From positions 25,420,001-25,484,000 of the forward strand of contig NC_043010.1 of NCBI RefSeq assembly GCF_006345805.1: a stretch of DNA of 64,000 nt. The letters are read 5' to 3'. Position numbers and translations under genes: made by a program. The notes beneath the pieces are model-generated. The model saw only the letters and a list, made by a program, of their open reading frames with translations. It was not told the DNA's origin and did no database searches. The DNA is from Octopus sinensis (lineage: Eukaryota). This document shows positions 1 through 12,321 of the stretch, piece by piece (the first letter of the stretch is position 1; every line of letters begins with the position of its first letter).

Positions 1-421
1 TCACCTCACTAATGTTCTACTAATGACTGCTTTTTGTCCAGGAACATGGCCATTTATTTGTTTGTTTGTTTATATATTTATTTATTTCATAGGCTGCTGT
101 AGTTTAATAGGAGTTGTTTTACTAAATCAGAACGGAGGATGGACAAATTCAGATTTTTAACTCAGAACAAGGAGAGAATGAGAGAGGAAGGAGAGGGGGA
201 ATGGAAAAGAGGGAGGGAGAAACAGAGACAGACAGACAGAAGTGGCCGGAGAGAGTAAATAAATCTACTGATAAATTTTGTGAGATATGCTAGGGTTTAT
301 TTCCATGGGCCCCTTGATATCTATCCGAACCCTTCTGTTTTTTGGCAGAATTATTTTAACGCAAATTTAATTATTAAACGATATCTGTTTAATTAGTTGT
401 TAGAGGATATCTATCTATCTA

Positions 422-472
<51 letters not shown>

Positions 473-1062
473 ATGTATTTATTTATATATATATATATAT
501 ATACATACACACTCACACACATATATGTGCATGTGTATAGAGGAATATATATGTATGTGTGGAATATATATGTATGTGTACACACACACGCACACACACA
601 TCCATATAAATACTCATATATATATATATATATTTATGTATACTGATAATAAAACAGAGTAAAACTGAATATAACTAAATACAAATAACTGATGAGTAAG
701 TCCAGAGAATTACCCGCTAACATTGACTTCTACATTGAATAACAAAAGACAAATTAAAAATAAGAAAAGTGGTGTGGCTACCTTTAGTAACCATGTATTT
801 CAGCAGACTTTGAGTACAATAAACGTGTCATTAGTGTTGTTAATGCCAAGCAGAAGTGTTCCTCCTCCTACACAGAGTGGAGAAAGGAAAAAAAATGTTA
901 AAGATCAAAGCATAAATACATAAAACAAATTATAAATAGGCATAGAACCCAATAAAAAAATGAATAATATTAATAGTATTGTACAAACACACACATACAC
1001 ACACACATTTATATATGGGAATGTATGTATGTATTTGTGTATATATATATATATATATATAT

Positions 1063-1112
<50 letters not shown>

Positions 1113-1181
1113 GATAGATAGATATACACACACACACATAAAGATATAGATATATATGTAAGTGTGTGTGTGCATATGTGA

Positions 1182-1270
<89 letters not shown>

Positions 1271-1413
1271 TGAATTGTCAGTAGCTCATATATCTGAGAA
1301 AGAAGCACACACTCTAAAGCATGGGAACAGTAATATATTTTTTAGGAAGATGAAAGTTCGCACCTATAAAGCACTTAGTAGTAATATAGACTGAAATGGC
1401 TGAAGGCCTTCAA

Positions 1414-1490
1414 GCCATTTCAGTCTGATGAGTCACCTATACTGCTAAGCACTTTATAGGTATGAAACCAATGGTCACTCTATGACTGGC
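1414..1490 (+). ncRNA. Type I hammerhead-ribozyme-like motif (slightly decayed)
   Basis: CTGATGA (1425-1431); stem II acctata...tataggt; GAAA (1464-1467); stem III CC-aat-GG; GTC triplet; bulged stem I gcca..tca.gt / ac..tga.tggc. Confidence 0.7.
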
Positions 1491-1574
1491 TATAACTTTA
1501 TATATTTATATATGTCATTTGTTGAAAACATAAATCCAAAAGAAGCTGCAGACTCCAAGATGTAGAGCCATATA

Positions 1575-1798
1575 TATTAAAAATGGGGAAAGCCACTTTA
1601 TGGGATTACCTTAGGTTTCCTGTCCATAAAGGGTTTAGCTTTGTGGTGTATTGTCAGATCCCAAAAACATGTTGGCGCATGACTTCTTAAAAAAATTTCC
1701 TCTTCCATAATTTTTAAGATGATAGGCCATAAAGCTAAACCCTTTATGGACAGGAAACCTAAGGTAATCCCATAAACTGGCCTTTCCCATTTTTAATA
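1575..1798. mobile_element. MITE-like element, about 70-bp terminal inverted repeats, TA ends
   Basis: tattaaaaatgggg...ggattaccttaggtttcctgtccataaagggtttagcttt is mirrored by aaagctaaaccctttatggacaggaaacctaaggtaatcc...cccatttttaata. Confidence 0.7.
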
Positions 1799-1878
1799 TG
1801 CACACCCACACACACACACATGATGGACTTTCCTGTTGGTTTCAACATATGAGGATCTGACAATCTACTCTTTCTTTG

Positions 1879-2118
1879 TCAGTCATAATACTTATATTGA
1901 ATGTGACAATCATTTGTAAAAAGTCCACAGATACTGCAAGCATGAGAATTACAGGTCAGTGCAGGTTGTATATTTGCAGCCACTTTTCTCCTTTGCTTTA
2001 CACCCTGAAGCCTATTAATGCTGGTTGCAACAAAGTTTCTAATAACATTTTGACACAACGATCTCCATTTTGTTCGCTCCAAGGCCGTTCGCTCAAAGCT
2101 GTTGTGAGCTGTCTTCAT
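1879..2118 (-). pseudogene. RTE-clade LINE ORF C-terminal fragment
   Basis: SFERTALERTKWRSLC...KQRRK...C...CSICGLF resembles the RTE C-terminus (A.DR..WR...KR..RK...C..C..GL.SH). Confidence 0.6.
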
Positions 2119-2129
2119 TTCTGAGAGGT

Positions 2130-3745
2130 TACTCGTCAGCTTGACTTTATACCTGAGCCATGGTCGACCAGCATTCCTGTCTATATCTTAGGAGAAAGAT
2201 GGGGCTCCTTAACCGTGGTGAAGGTATCCCATCTAGGAGAAGAGGAACTCTGATATAAAAGCAGGTCTTTGATTGCGGAGGGTCTCTTTAACAGGGCTGT
2301 ACTCTCAGCAAATTCTGACTCATAGGGTAGACTAGGCTCTCCAGCTTGTTTATAGTGGCTTGTTTAGAAGATGGAAACCTCTGAAAAAAAATCCTGAAGT
2401 GTGTTGTTCTTGGTGTTGTGGCACATATGTGTACCATACTCTTGCTATCATCACTTCCAAAAAGTGTGGCTTTTTCAAAAAATTGACTTCAACACTTAAA
2501 TAAAATCATATGTGTGCGTTTTCTGACAACTTACATTTATTCATTCAACACAGCACAGCTTCAGCTTGCAAAAATCAAAAAGTCCTCTGGTGAGAGAGTG
2601 AAAGTGGCAGGGACAGGTAAAGGATATTACTGAAGTGTCTTGCTGGATCTTTACACAGTCAGCGACCATTGGGTGATGGCTGTTCCAGCACAGAACTTGT
2701 AACTGTGTTGTCCATGTCCTCCAGTGGTGACAAAGCAGGTCTACTAAGACACAGCAGTGCTTTCCACAACAGGGGAGGGGGCGAGAAAAGGATCCCTAAA
2801 CATTACCTACTCAATTTAAGCTTGGTAGCCTGCTGCAGCTCTCTGGTTATTCAGTAACTCATTCTAAGCATGAAGAAATCTAAGAATATTAACCTTGGTT
2901 CTTGGAATGTGCACACTCTCCAAGACAGTCACTCAGCACCAGAATGAGAAACAGCACCAGTTGCCCTTGAACTAAAGAAATACAACATTGACAAAGCTGC
3001 ACTCAGTGAAACTCATCTTGCAGGATCATCACAATTAGAAGAAAGTAAAGGTGGATACATATTTTTCTGGTGTGGAAGAAATAAGGACAAACCACACCAC
3101 TTTGGTGTTGATTTTGGCATCAAGACAGAAATAGCTAGATCCCTTCTTTCTTTAACCAAAGGTATCTTTGATCACATCATGACACTAATGTTGGAACTTG
3201 ATCACAACACTTGTGCTATGCTTGTCAGTTGTTATGCCCCAACCATGACCAGCAGTGAGCAGGAAAAGGGTTTTACAACCAACTCCATGTTGTCATCTCC
3301 ATAGGGATAAACTTATCCTAAAGGGCAACTTTAACGCTCATATTGGTACTGACTATCAGGCATGGGAGGGTGTACTTGGTCATCATGGTGTAGGTTGAAT
3401 GAACTCCAGCGGTCTGTGTGTGCTCTCCATCTGCAGGGAATTCAGTCTAAGCATCACAAAAACCTTTTTTCAACAGCAAAATTGTTGCAAGATAACCTGA
3501 ATTCATCCTAGATCTAAGGATTGGCATCTCATAGACTATGTTGTCACTAAGAAACAAGATATTAGGGACTTTAACATTACAAAATCCTTTCATAACACCT
3601 GCTATCTCTCTGACCATTCTCTTTTCCATAGTATGACTACGTTCCATCAGAAACACACAAGACTACAAAAGTCATCAGTGCCTAAGCGCATTAATGTTCT
3701 GCCTTTGAAAACTGCTGAAAAGCAGGCTGAGCTTTCTATCAAGTT
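2130..3745 (+). mobile_element. Degraded 5' part of an RTE-clade LINE: 5'UTR plus AP-endonuclease domain
   Basis: From about 2862: MKKSKNINLGSWNVHTLQ...ELKKYNIDKAALSETHLAG...GGYIFFW.G...MLVSCYAPT, with stops and frameshifts. Confidence 0.8.
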
Positions 3746-3751
3746 GGACAT

Positions 3752-3813
<62 letters not shown>

Positions 3814-4028
3814 GTTATGAGAGGTAATGGTGTCATTGAGACACAAAGGTGTCAGGTAATGCTGAATAAGCGCTATAGATGGACCACAGTTATGTTCCAG
3901 GTTTGGTAATTATGTGAATAAGAGGTTCAACGTTGGTCATATGTCAGCGTGTGTATATAAAAATTTTATTTCGTAATGAGATAAAAAAACCAAGGCTGTG
4001 TAGATTTTAGAACATTTATAGATAGAAG

Positions 4029-4076
4029 GTCTTACAGCTATTTCCAGGATATTTATTATATCCCTTCATAGGAGAC
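4029..4076 (-). ncRNA. Degenerate minimal hammerhead motif
   Basis: Minus strand reads gtct-CCTATGA-agggatat..atatcctg-GAAA-TAGCTG-TA-agac. Stems I and II and a palindromic stem III are retained; the core has two substitutions. Confidence 0.55.
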
Positions 4077-4261
4077 AGTGTGAGAGGATGGTTAAGAAAT
4101 AATTAATTTATATAAGATATAAAATAGAGAATGAGGTGGAGAATATAAAAGAGACTAGATGTGAGATATGTAGGGATATTGCATTTTTAGATCCTTTTTT
4201 TTTCAGGCAGAAAGGTATACATATAATATTCCAATATCTTATGAGTAAAATCCAATATACC

Positions 4262-4694
4262 AGGGGTGTAACCAGCCACTTATGTGTACCTTTCCTTCAT
4301 TGAACATTAAACTCTGCTTGCGAAAACCTGTTGAGGCAAGTAAAATCAAAATCAAATTCGATGACTGGCATCTGTGCTAGTGGAGCGCTAAGAGTACTAT
4401 ACGAGCATGATCATTGCCAAAGCAACAAGCTGGCCTCCATGCTAGTTGCACATGAAAAAACATTCGAGCAAGGTCATTGCCAGTGCTGCTGGACTGGCTC
4501 CTGTGCAGGTGACACATAAAAAGCACTATCTGAGTATGGCCGTTGCCAGTATCGCCTGACTGGCCCTCATGTCGGTGGCACATGAAAGCACCCACTACGC
4601 TCTTGGAGTGGTTGGCATTAGGAAGGGCATCCAGCTGTAGAAACTCTACCAGATCAGATTGGAGTCTGGTGCATCCTAGTGGCTTTCCAGACCC
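4262..4694 (+). mobile_element. RTE 3'UTR fragment
   Basis: Same 3'UTR as the LINE at 4741-7355 but in the opposite orientation (gttggcattaggaagggcatccagctgtagaaac). Confidence 0.75.
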
Positions 4695-4740
4695 CACTAT
4701 TATGCAATTCAAACAATGATAGACATAAACCAAATCATCA

Positions 4741-7355
4741 TCATCATCATTTAGCATCCGCTTTCCATGCTAGCATGGGTTGGACAGTTCGACTGGGGTC
4801 TGTGAAGCCAGAAGGCTGCATCAGGCCCAGTCTGATCTGGCAGTGTTTCTATGGCTGGATGCCCTTCCTAACGCCAACCACTCCGTGAGTGTAGTGGGTG
4901 CTTTTTACGTGCCACCCGCACAGGTGCCAGACGGAGCTGGCAAACGGCCACGGATGGATGGTGCTTTTTACGTGTCACCGGCACGGGGGCCAGCCGAGGC
5001 TGGCAATGGCCACGAACGGATGGTGCTACGTGCCACCAGCACGTGGGCCAAGCGAGGCTGGCAACGGCCATGAACGGATGGTGCTTTTTACGTGCCACCG
5101 GTACGGAGGCCAGTCAGGGCGGCACTGGCAACGGCCACGATCGGATGGTTTGCTTACTTGTCACCGGCACTGGTATCACAGCTGCAATTTCCATTGATGT
5201 TGATCGACTTTGATTTTGGTTCTGCTTTCTGATATCTGATTTGATTTGGTTTGATTTTGATTTTGATTTTGATTTTCACTTGCCTCAATGGTTCTTCACA
5301 AGTGGAGTTTCGTGTCCCAAGAAGGAAAGGTATGTATAAGTCGACTGGCTACATACCAGGTAGAGGCCACGGGTTATGGTCTCACTAGTCTTGCTGGGTC
5401 TTCTCACGCACAGCATACTTCCATAGGTCTCGGTCTCTAGTCATTTCCTTGGTGAAACCTGAAGTTCGAAGGTCGTGCTTCACCACCTCGTCCCAGGTTT
5501 TCCTGGGTCTACCTCTTCCACAGGTTTCCTCAACTGCTAGGGTGAGGCACTTTTGCGCACAACTATCTTCAGCCATTCTCGTCACATGACCATACCAGTG
5601 CAAACGTCTCTCTTGCACACCACAACTGATGCTTCTTAGGTCCAACTTTTCTCTCAAGGTACTTACACTCTGTCGATTATGAACACTGACATTACACATC
5701 CATCGGAGCATACTGGCTTCATTTCTTGCGAGCTTACGCATATCCTCAGCAGTCACAGCCCATGTTTCACTACCATGTAGCATGGCTGTTCGTACACATG
5801 CATCATACAGTCTGCCTTTTACTCTGAGCGAGAGGCCTTTTGTCACCAGCAGGAGTAAGAGCTCTCTAAACTTTGTCCAGGCTATTCTTACTCTTGCAGT
5901 TACACTTTCAGCATACCCACCCCCGTTACTGACTTGGTCACCTAGGTAGCAGAAGCTATCAACTACTTCTAGTTTTTCTCCCTGGAACGTGGTAGAAGTT
6001 GGTCTCTGCACATTTTCAGTGTTTATTGCTCCTGAGCATCTGCCACAGACAAAAACTATTTTCCTAGTTAGCCTTCCTTTGACATTGCTGCACCTCTTAT
6101 GTGTCCATAGCTTACACTTGGTGCACCTTATAGAGTTTCTACCTACACCTTTTTTACAGATCGAGCAGGGCCATCTACCTGAAGGCGTTTGTGATTGGTC
6201 TACCTTCCTACTTATTAGGACTTTGGTTTTAGCTAGGTTGATTCTAAGGCCCTTCGATTCTAAACCTTGCTTCCACACCTGAAACTTCTCCTCCAGTTCT
6301 GATAGTGACTCAGCAATTAGAGCAAGGTCATCAGCATAGAGGAGCTCCCAGGGGCATCCTGTCTTGAATTCCTCCGTTATTGCCTGGAGGACTATGATAA
6401 ATAGGAGGGGACTGAGGACTGAACCTTGGTGGACCCCAACCTCTACCTTGAATTCTTCACTGTACTCATTGCCAACCCTCACCTTAGTAGCACCGTCTCT
6501 GTACATGGCTCGCACAGCTCTCACTAACCATTCATCTATCCCTAGTTTCCTTATTGACCACCAGATAAGGGATCGGGGGACCCTGTCGAAGGCTTTCTCC
6601 ATGTCAACAAAAGCCAGGTACAGGGGCTTATCTTTGGCTAGGTATTTCTCTTGCAGCTGTCTTACCAGGAATATAGCATCAGTAGTACTTTTCCCTGGCA
6701 CGAAACCAAACTGCATCTCATCTAAGCTAACTCTCTCTCAAATTAGTTGGGCTATAACCCTCTCCGTAACCTTCATTACCTGATCCAGCAGCTTGATACC
6801 CCTGTAGTTATTTGTATCTAGGGCGTCACCTTTACCTTTGTAGCAGTTGACTATTATGCTGCTACACCAGTCATTGGGTATGACTCCTTCGTGTATCACC
6901 TGGTTAACTATACCAGTGACTAGGCTATAGCCGACACTACCAGATATTTTGAGCATCTCTGCAGTAATTCCTGATGGGCCTGGGGCTTTCCCTGTTTTCA
7001 TGCTTGTAATTGCCTTAACTACTAAGGAACTGTCAACTCGGATTGCTGGTCCCTCTGTTGGGTCGACATTCGGCAGACTCTCTTTATCCCATTCATTTTC
7101 CTCATTCAGCAACCGTTCATAGTGGCGTCTCCAAACCTCTCTCTTTGCATCCTCATTTAGCACAAGTGAACCGTCATCCTTGCGAACACATTTCTCTCCT
7201 ACCACGTCACGATTCTCTCTCACACACTGTCTTGCAACACGAAATGCCTCAAATCTTTCATCCTCACGGCGCAGAACATTGGCAAATTTTTTCTTATCTG
7301 CTTCCCCTCTGGCTAAATACACCTGCCTCCTAGCTTCCCTTCTGGCAGTCTGATA
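4741..7355 (-). mobile_element. 5'-truncated RTE-clade LINE: RT, PHD-like finger, 3'UTR hairpin array, (GAT)n tail, AATCAT TSD
   Basis: ORFs 6738-7358 and 5385-6716 are in one frame separated by a single TGA. RT motifs KAPGPSG, NYRGIKLL, QFGFVPG, DMEKAFDRVP, HQGSVLSPLLF, LLYADD. AATCAT flanks both ends inside a host repeat. Confidence 0.95.
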
Positions 7356-7428
7356 CAATCATAAATAAAAAATGAAATATGATTTTTAAAACATATAACT
7401 CGATTACAAAAAGTACAAAAATGAATAA

Positions 7429-9081
7429 TCTCTATATTATAATTCTGAAATGCGAAAAGTTTGTTTCTTTGTTTGTCTGGTTTTGGCATTGAGAATGGAT
7501 TAAAGGCCACTAGATCCCATCGGATTGACTCCAAAATTTACAGGGACGTGAAAAATGAGGTGAGGATGCGAGTGGGCTAGGTTAGAAATCACTATCTTAA
7601 AAGGTGTCGTTGCTAGGGCCAAAAACGTACTTTGACAAGTCTACTCTCATTCTTTTATGTATCTGTCTTCCTCCATCAATCACTCTCTTTCCTCCCTTCC
7701 CATCACTTTCTATCTATAACGTTGTTTCACAGCGTCTACTTCCCCTTCACTTTCTCTTTATAACGTCGTTTCACAGCGTTCTATATCTCCCCCTCCCCGC
7801 CTTCGACAGCGCTTTCACACTCTCTCTCTCTCTCTACGTCTCTCTGCATTCATAGAGAGAATTACCATCGCCACCACCACCACCACACAATCATGAGAAC
7901 AAATATTATGAATGAGATATTTATTGGGTTAATTTATATATGTGTGTGTGTTCTATATATAAATATGTATATATAATGTATATATACAAAGTGTAGTATA
8001 TATCTGTATTTATGTATATTAAACTTTTTAATACTTTTTGATAGTTATATATATTTTTAAAAAAATATAAATTAATTTTAATTTTAAATTTAAATAATTT
8101 AAATTTTTAAATTTTATATTTTATATATTTTGTATATTATATTTTTATTTTTATGTTTTGGTTTATGTTTTTCACTGTTTGATTTGCCTAATAGTGAAAA
8201 GGGGTCTAAATGGGGCTGGAAGGGGATTAAAATTTACAGGAGCGGGTGTTTAGGAATTCTCTGTTACATCAAGCTAAAAAATTTGCGCCAGCCTTTTAAT
8301 CCTCAATGTGTTGCCGTCCATGATGAAGAAGTTTTGAATGCTTGCCATGGTGAGTCTACTGTCGTGAGAAAGAATCACTTCAAAACTTGGTGTTTAGGAA
8401 TTTTCTTTTACATCAAGTTCAAAATTTTACGCCAGCTGTTAAACTGCCACTACGTTGCTGTCCGTCGTTAAGAAATGCCAGCCATGGTGAGTCTACTATC
8501 CTCAGATTCTATCCCTTCAAACTTTGCTTTCCAATATTTTTTTATTTTTATTCAGCTCGCAAGTTCGTCTTTCCCTTTTAAATGTTAGTGTTTTGCTGTC
8601 TGCCTTGAAGCAGACCTTTCCGTTGTCATTGCCTGATATTTATGAGTGATCTTTGAAAATATGTTTCTTTCTCAACTTACTCAAGATCTTTTGTTGTTTA
8701 TAAATGGGAGAGAGATAGATAAAGATAGAGTAAGAGAAAGCGAGGGAGAGTCCGAGAGAATGGGATAGTGAGAGAGAAACAAAGAGGGAGAATCATCATC
8801 ATCATCATCATCATCGTTTAACATCCGTTTTCCATGCTAGCACAGGTTGGATGGTTTGACCGGGTTCTGGGAAGCCAGGAAGCTGCACCAGGTTCCAGTC
8901 TGATCTGGTAGTGCTTCTACAGCTGGATGTGTGTGTAGTGGGTGTAGTGGGTGTTTTTTCGTGCCACCGACACAGGTGCCATTGGCCATGTTCGGATGGT
9001 GCTTTTTACGTGCCGAAAGGAAGCAACAGAAAGTAACAACCATACTCTTACCCGTGCATAGAGCAGGTCACCTTAAGCTAG
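7429..9081 (+). mobile_element. Non-autonomous Helitron-like element (A|TC ... hairpin-CTAG|T)
   Basis: Starts TCTCTATATTATAATTC after A and ends cccgtgcatagagcagg...gCTAG before T. Contains an internal ~165-bp direct repeat (8224-8500) and an RTE 3'UTR insert at about 8793-9015. Confidence 0.65.
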
Positions 9082-9306
9082 TCAATATATATATATTAAT
9101 TATTCATTTTTGTACTTTTTTTGATCTAGTTATATGTTTTAAAAATCATATTTTATTTTTTATTTATGATTTGGTTTATGTCTACCATTGTTTGAATTGC
9201 ATAAATAGTGGTTTTTCTCTAATTTATATATTATATATTTATATTGTGAAATTTGATTTAATACTAAATCAAATTTTTCCCTGTAAGTTTGGAGTTCTCC
9301 TCCCTA

Positions 9307-9339
<33 letters not shown>

Positions 9340-9361
9340 AATACATACACATATAAATATT

Positions 9362-10850
9362 GTCATCATTTAACGTCCACTTTCCATGCTGGCATGTGTT
9401 GCATGGTTTGACTAAGAACTAGCAGGCTGGGAGGCTGCACCAGGCTCCAATCTGATTTGGCAAGGTTTCTACAGCTGGATGCCCTTCCTAATGCCACTCT
9501 GAGAGTGTAGAAGGGGCTTTCTATGTACCACTGGCATGGGAGCCAGTCAGGCCACACTTGAATGGTACTTTTTATGTGCCACCAGCATGGGTACCAATCA
9601 GGCAGCACTGGCATCGGCCATGCTCGAATGGTGCTTTTTATGTGCCACCGCTACGAGAGTCAGTGAGGTGGTACTGGAATTGGCCACTCTCAGATGGCAC
9701 GTTTTATGTGCCAATCAAGTGGCACTGGCATCAGCCATGCTTGAGTGGTGTTTTTTTACATGCCACCAGCATGAGTGCCAGTCAGGTGTCACTGGCATCA
9801 GCCAAGACTACAATTTCACTCAGTTCAACAGGTCTCCACGGGCACGGCATACTGGCCAATGACTGAAGGGTGTTTTTAAATGGGCCAGTTATGCAGCACT
9901 GGCATCAGCCACGACTACAATCTCACTTGGCTTGCCAGGTCTTCTCAAGCACAGCATATCTCCAAAGGTCTTGGTCGCTTGTCATTACCTCTGTGAGGCC
10001 CAATGTTTGACGGTCGTGCTTCAGCACCTCATCCTATGTCTTCCTGAGTCTACCTCCTTCACAGGTTCCCTCCACTGTTAGGGTGTGACACTTCTTCACA
10101 CAGCTGTCCTCATCCATATGCATCACATGACCATACCAATACAGTCGTCTCTCTTGCACACCACATCTAATGTTTCTTATGTCCAACTTTTTTCTCAGGT
10201 TGCTTATACTCTGTTGTGTGTGCACACTGACATTACAATTCCTGTGAAGCATATTAGATTAATTTCTTTCAAGCCTATGCATATCCTCAGCAGTCACAGC
10301 CCATGTTTCGCTGCCGTGTAGCATGGCTGTTCGCACACAGGCATCATACAGTCTATCTTTCACTCTGAATGAGAGGCTCTTTGTTACTAGCAGAGGTAGG
10401 AGCTCTCTGAACTTTGTCCAACCTATTCTTATTCTAGCAGCTATGCTCTCAGAGCATCCACCCCCACTACTGACTTGGTCACCTAGGTAATGGAAGCTAT
10501 CAACTACTTCTAGTTTTTCCCCTGGCATGTGATGGAATCTGTTTTCTGTATATTTTTGGTGTTTATGACACTTGTGCATATTCTACACACAAAAACTATC
10601 TTCCCAGTTAACCTTCCTTTGATATTGTGGCACCTCTTATGTGTCCATAACTTACACTGGAGTTTCTACCTATGCCTTTTCTAGATTGAGCAGGCCCATG
10701 TACCTAAAATGATTTGTGATTTCTCCACCTTCCTACTTACTAAGACTTTGGTTTTTGCTAGGTTAATTCTAAAGCCCTTCGATTCTAGACCTTGCTTTCA
10801 TACATGAAACTTCTCTAGTTCTGGTAGTAACCCAGCTATTAGTGCAAGGT
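9362..10850 (-). mobile_element. Degraded 5'-truncated RTE LINE (RT C-terminal part and 3'UTR)
   Basis: Fragments GEKLEVVDSFHYLGDQVSSGGG and RRLYWYGHVMHM, and the same 3'UTR ending in a gatgac tail. Confidence 0.85.
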
Positions 10851-12321
10851 CAATATATATATATACACTTGTGTGTGTGTGTGAGAGTGTGTGTGTGTGA
10901 GTGTGAGTCTAATAATATAGTAATAATTTAATATTCAGGTATATGCCTTGTAGTATGTTGTTTAAAGCCTGTTCACAGTATTCTGCTACCTGTTTTCAAC
11001 AACAGTGTGGAGGTGTATGCCACTAGATTTAATGCATGACAATTTATAGTACAGTATCTCCCGCGCGCACACAAACACACACACACACTCTAGGTAAAAC
11101 TTCTTTACGAATTATATTATTTCTTACAATGTGAACGCGTAAAATTACAGCTCAAATCCAATTGAAATGGCCTTTTTCTATTCTGAAAATTGTGTTTGTG
11201 ACAAACGTATTTAAAAACCCAATCTTCAGCATAAACTTAAAAGGAACTTTTCCCAGAAATCCTGTCTTCTACCTGTTGTTTCTAGCATGTCTGAGGTGAC
11301 ATTTGCACCTCCCACTTATTTTTCTCCTAAATTTCTTCCGATTCCTATGTTTTTGATACAGGAGATTAGGATTTTGCCCAAACAGCACGTTCTCAATATT
11401 TTAATTTTCTCCCTCCCTATCCCAATTACTTCATTTTTTAAACTGTTTTCCAAATTTTCTTCTTGATTATTCACAGAGAAAAAACAGAGAGTACGAATCT
11501 TTAAAGATATATGTACATATATATAATTTAAACAAAAAAAAAAACAAGAAACAAAACTGACCTAAGAGAAGGAACTCAAATTGAATTCATACATCATACT
11601 CATACACACACACACGAAGATATACACAATACACACGAATGTATACTCACACATGCATACACATATAATATTGACTATTGATATTAATTATTAAACATAT
11701 GAAATAAATACTTTGTAGTTCATGATAAAAATGATAATTTATTGCATGAAATCTAAAAGTTAAAATAGAATTCAGTGTCTGACTAACATTCTGATATTTT
11801 GATGCTAGATATGTAGTTTCCTTGTGTCTTTCAGCATCAATGTACACACACACACATGCATGCACGCATGCACATGCATACACACACACAAAGGCAGAGG
11901 TAAAGAACCTCTCTTTAACATTGGAAAGCTGCATTGAAGCTAATTGCCAAATGAAAAGGCTGCATTCCAAAAAAGTTTTTTGTGTTAAATCCATTATTTT
12001 AACGAATATAAATGTGTTCATAAAAGCTCCAGAAAATGTTTAAAAAAGACATATTTTTGGAATAAACAGCACCACCTTTAATGAAAAAAAAATTTTTTTC
12101 TCAAATATTTCTTCAGATTTCAATGTTTTAAACACATTTGTAATCATTTTACACAATCAATTTACAAGTATAGTTGACGAAATATAAACAGGATTTGTAA
12201 AATTTGCAGTTTGCTGAAAAGATAAGCTTTAAATAAAATTCCCAGTATCACAGTATCAACCAGGCCATCCGATGCTGTTGTACACTGCTGATCACTATGT
12301 GCTTCCAGTTCTGTCTTGATT

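Noticed and set aside
782-867. Minus-strand exon-like segment with a strong acceptor and a gtagcc donor
   Set aside because: All three frames hit a stop before the donor, and no partner exons or homology were recognised.
415-1394. Numerous 60-80 aa ORFs rich in YI/CV/HT (also at about 15039, 16119, 26903, 28614, 29300, 35486, 39072)
   Set aside because: They are translations of (TA)n, (TG)n, (TATC)n and (TC)n microsatellites.
4890-5175. Regularly spaced repeats resembling a CRISPR array (also 43320-43600, 58370-58595)
   Set aside because: Whole units are repeated with no unique spacers, there are no cas genes, and the array is part of a eukaryotic LINE 3'UTR.
5989-6783. Plus-strand ORFs of 97-139 aa (also 59361-59897, and minus-strand 61606-63618)
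   Set aside because: Antisense shadows of retrotransposon RT frames.
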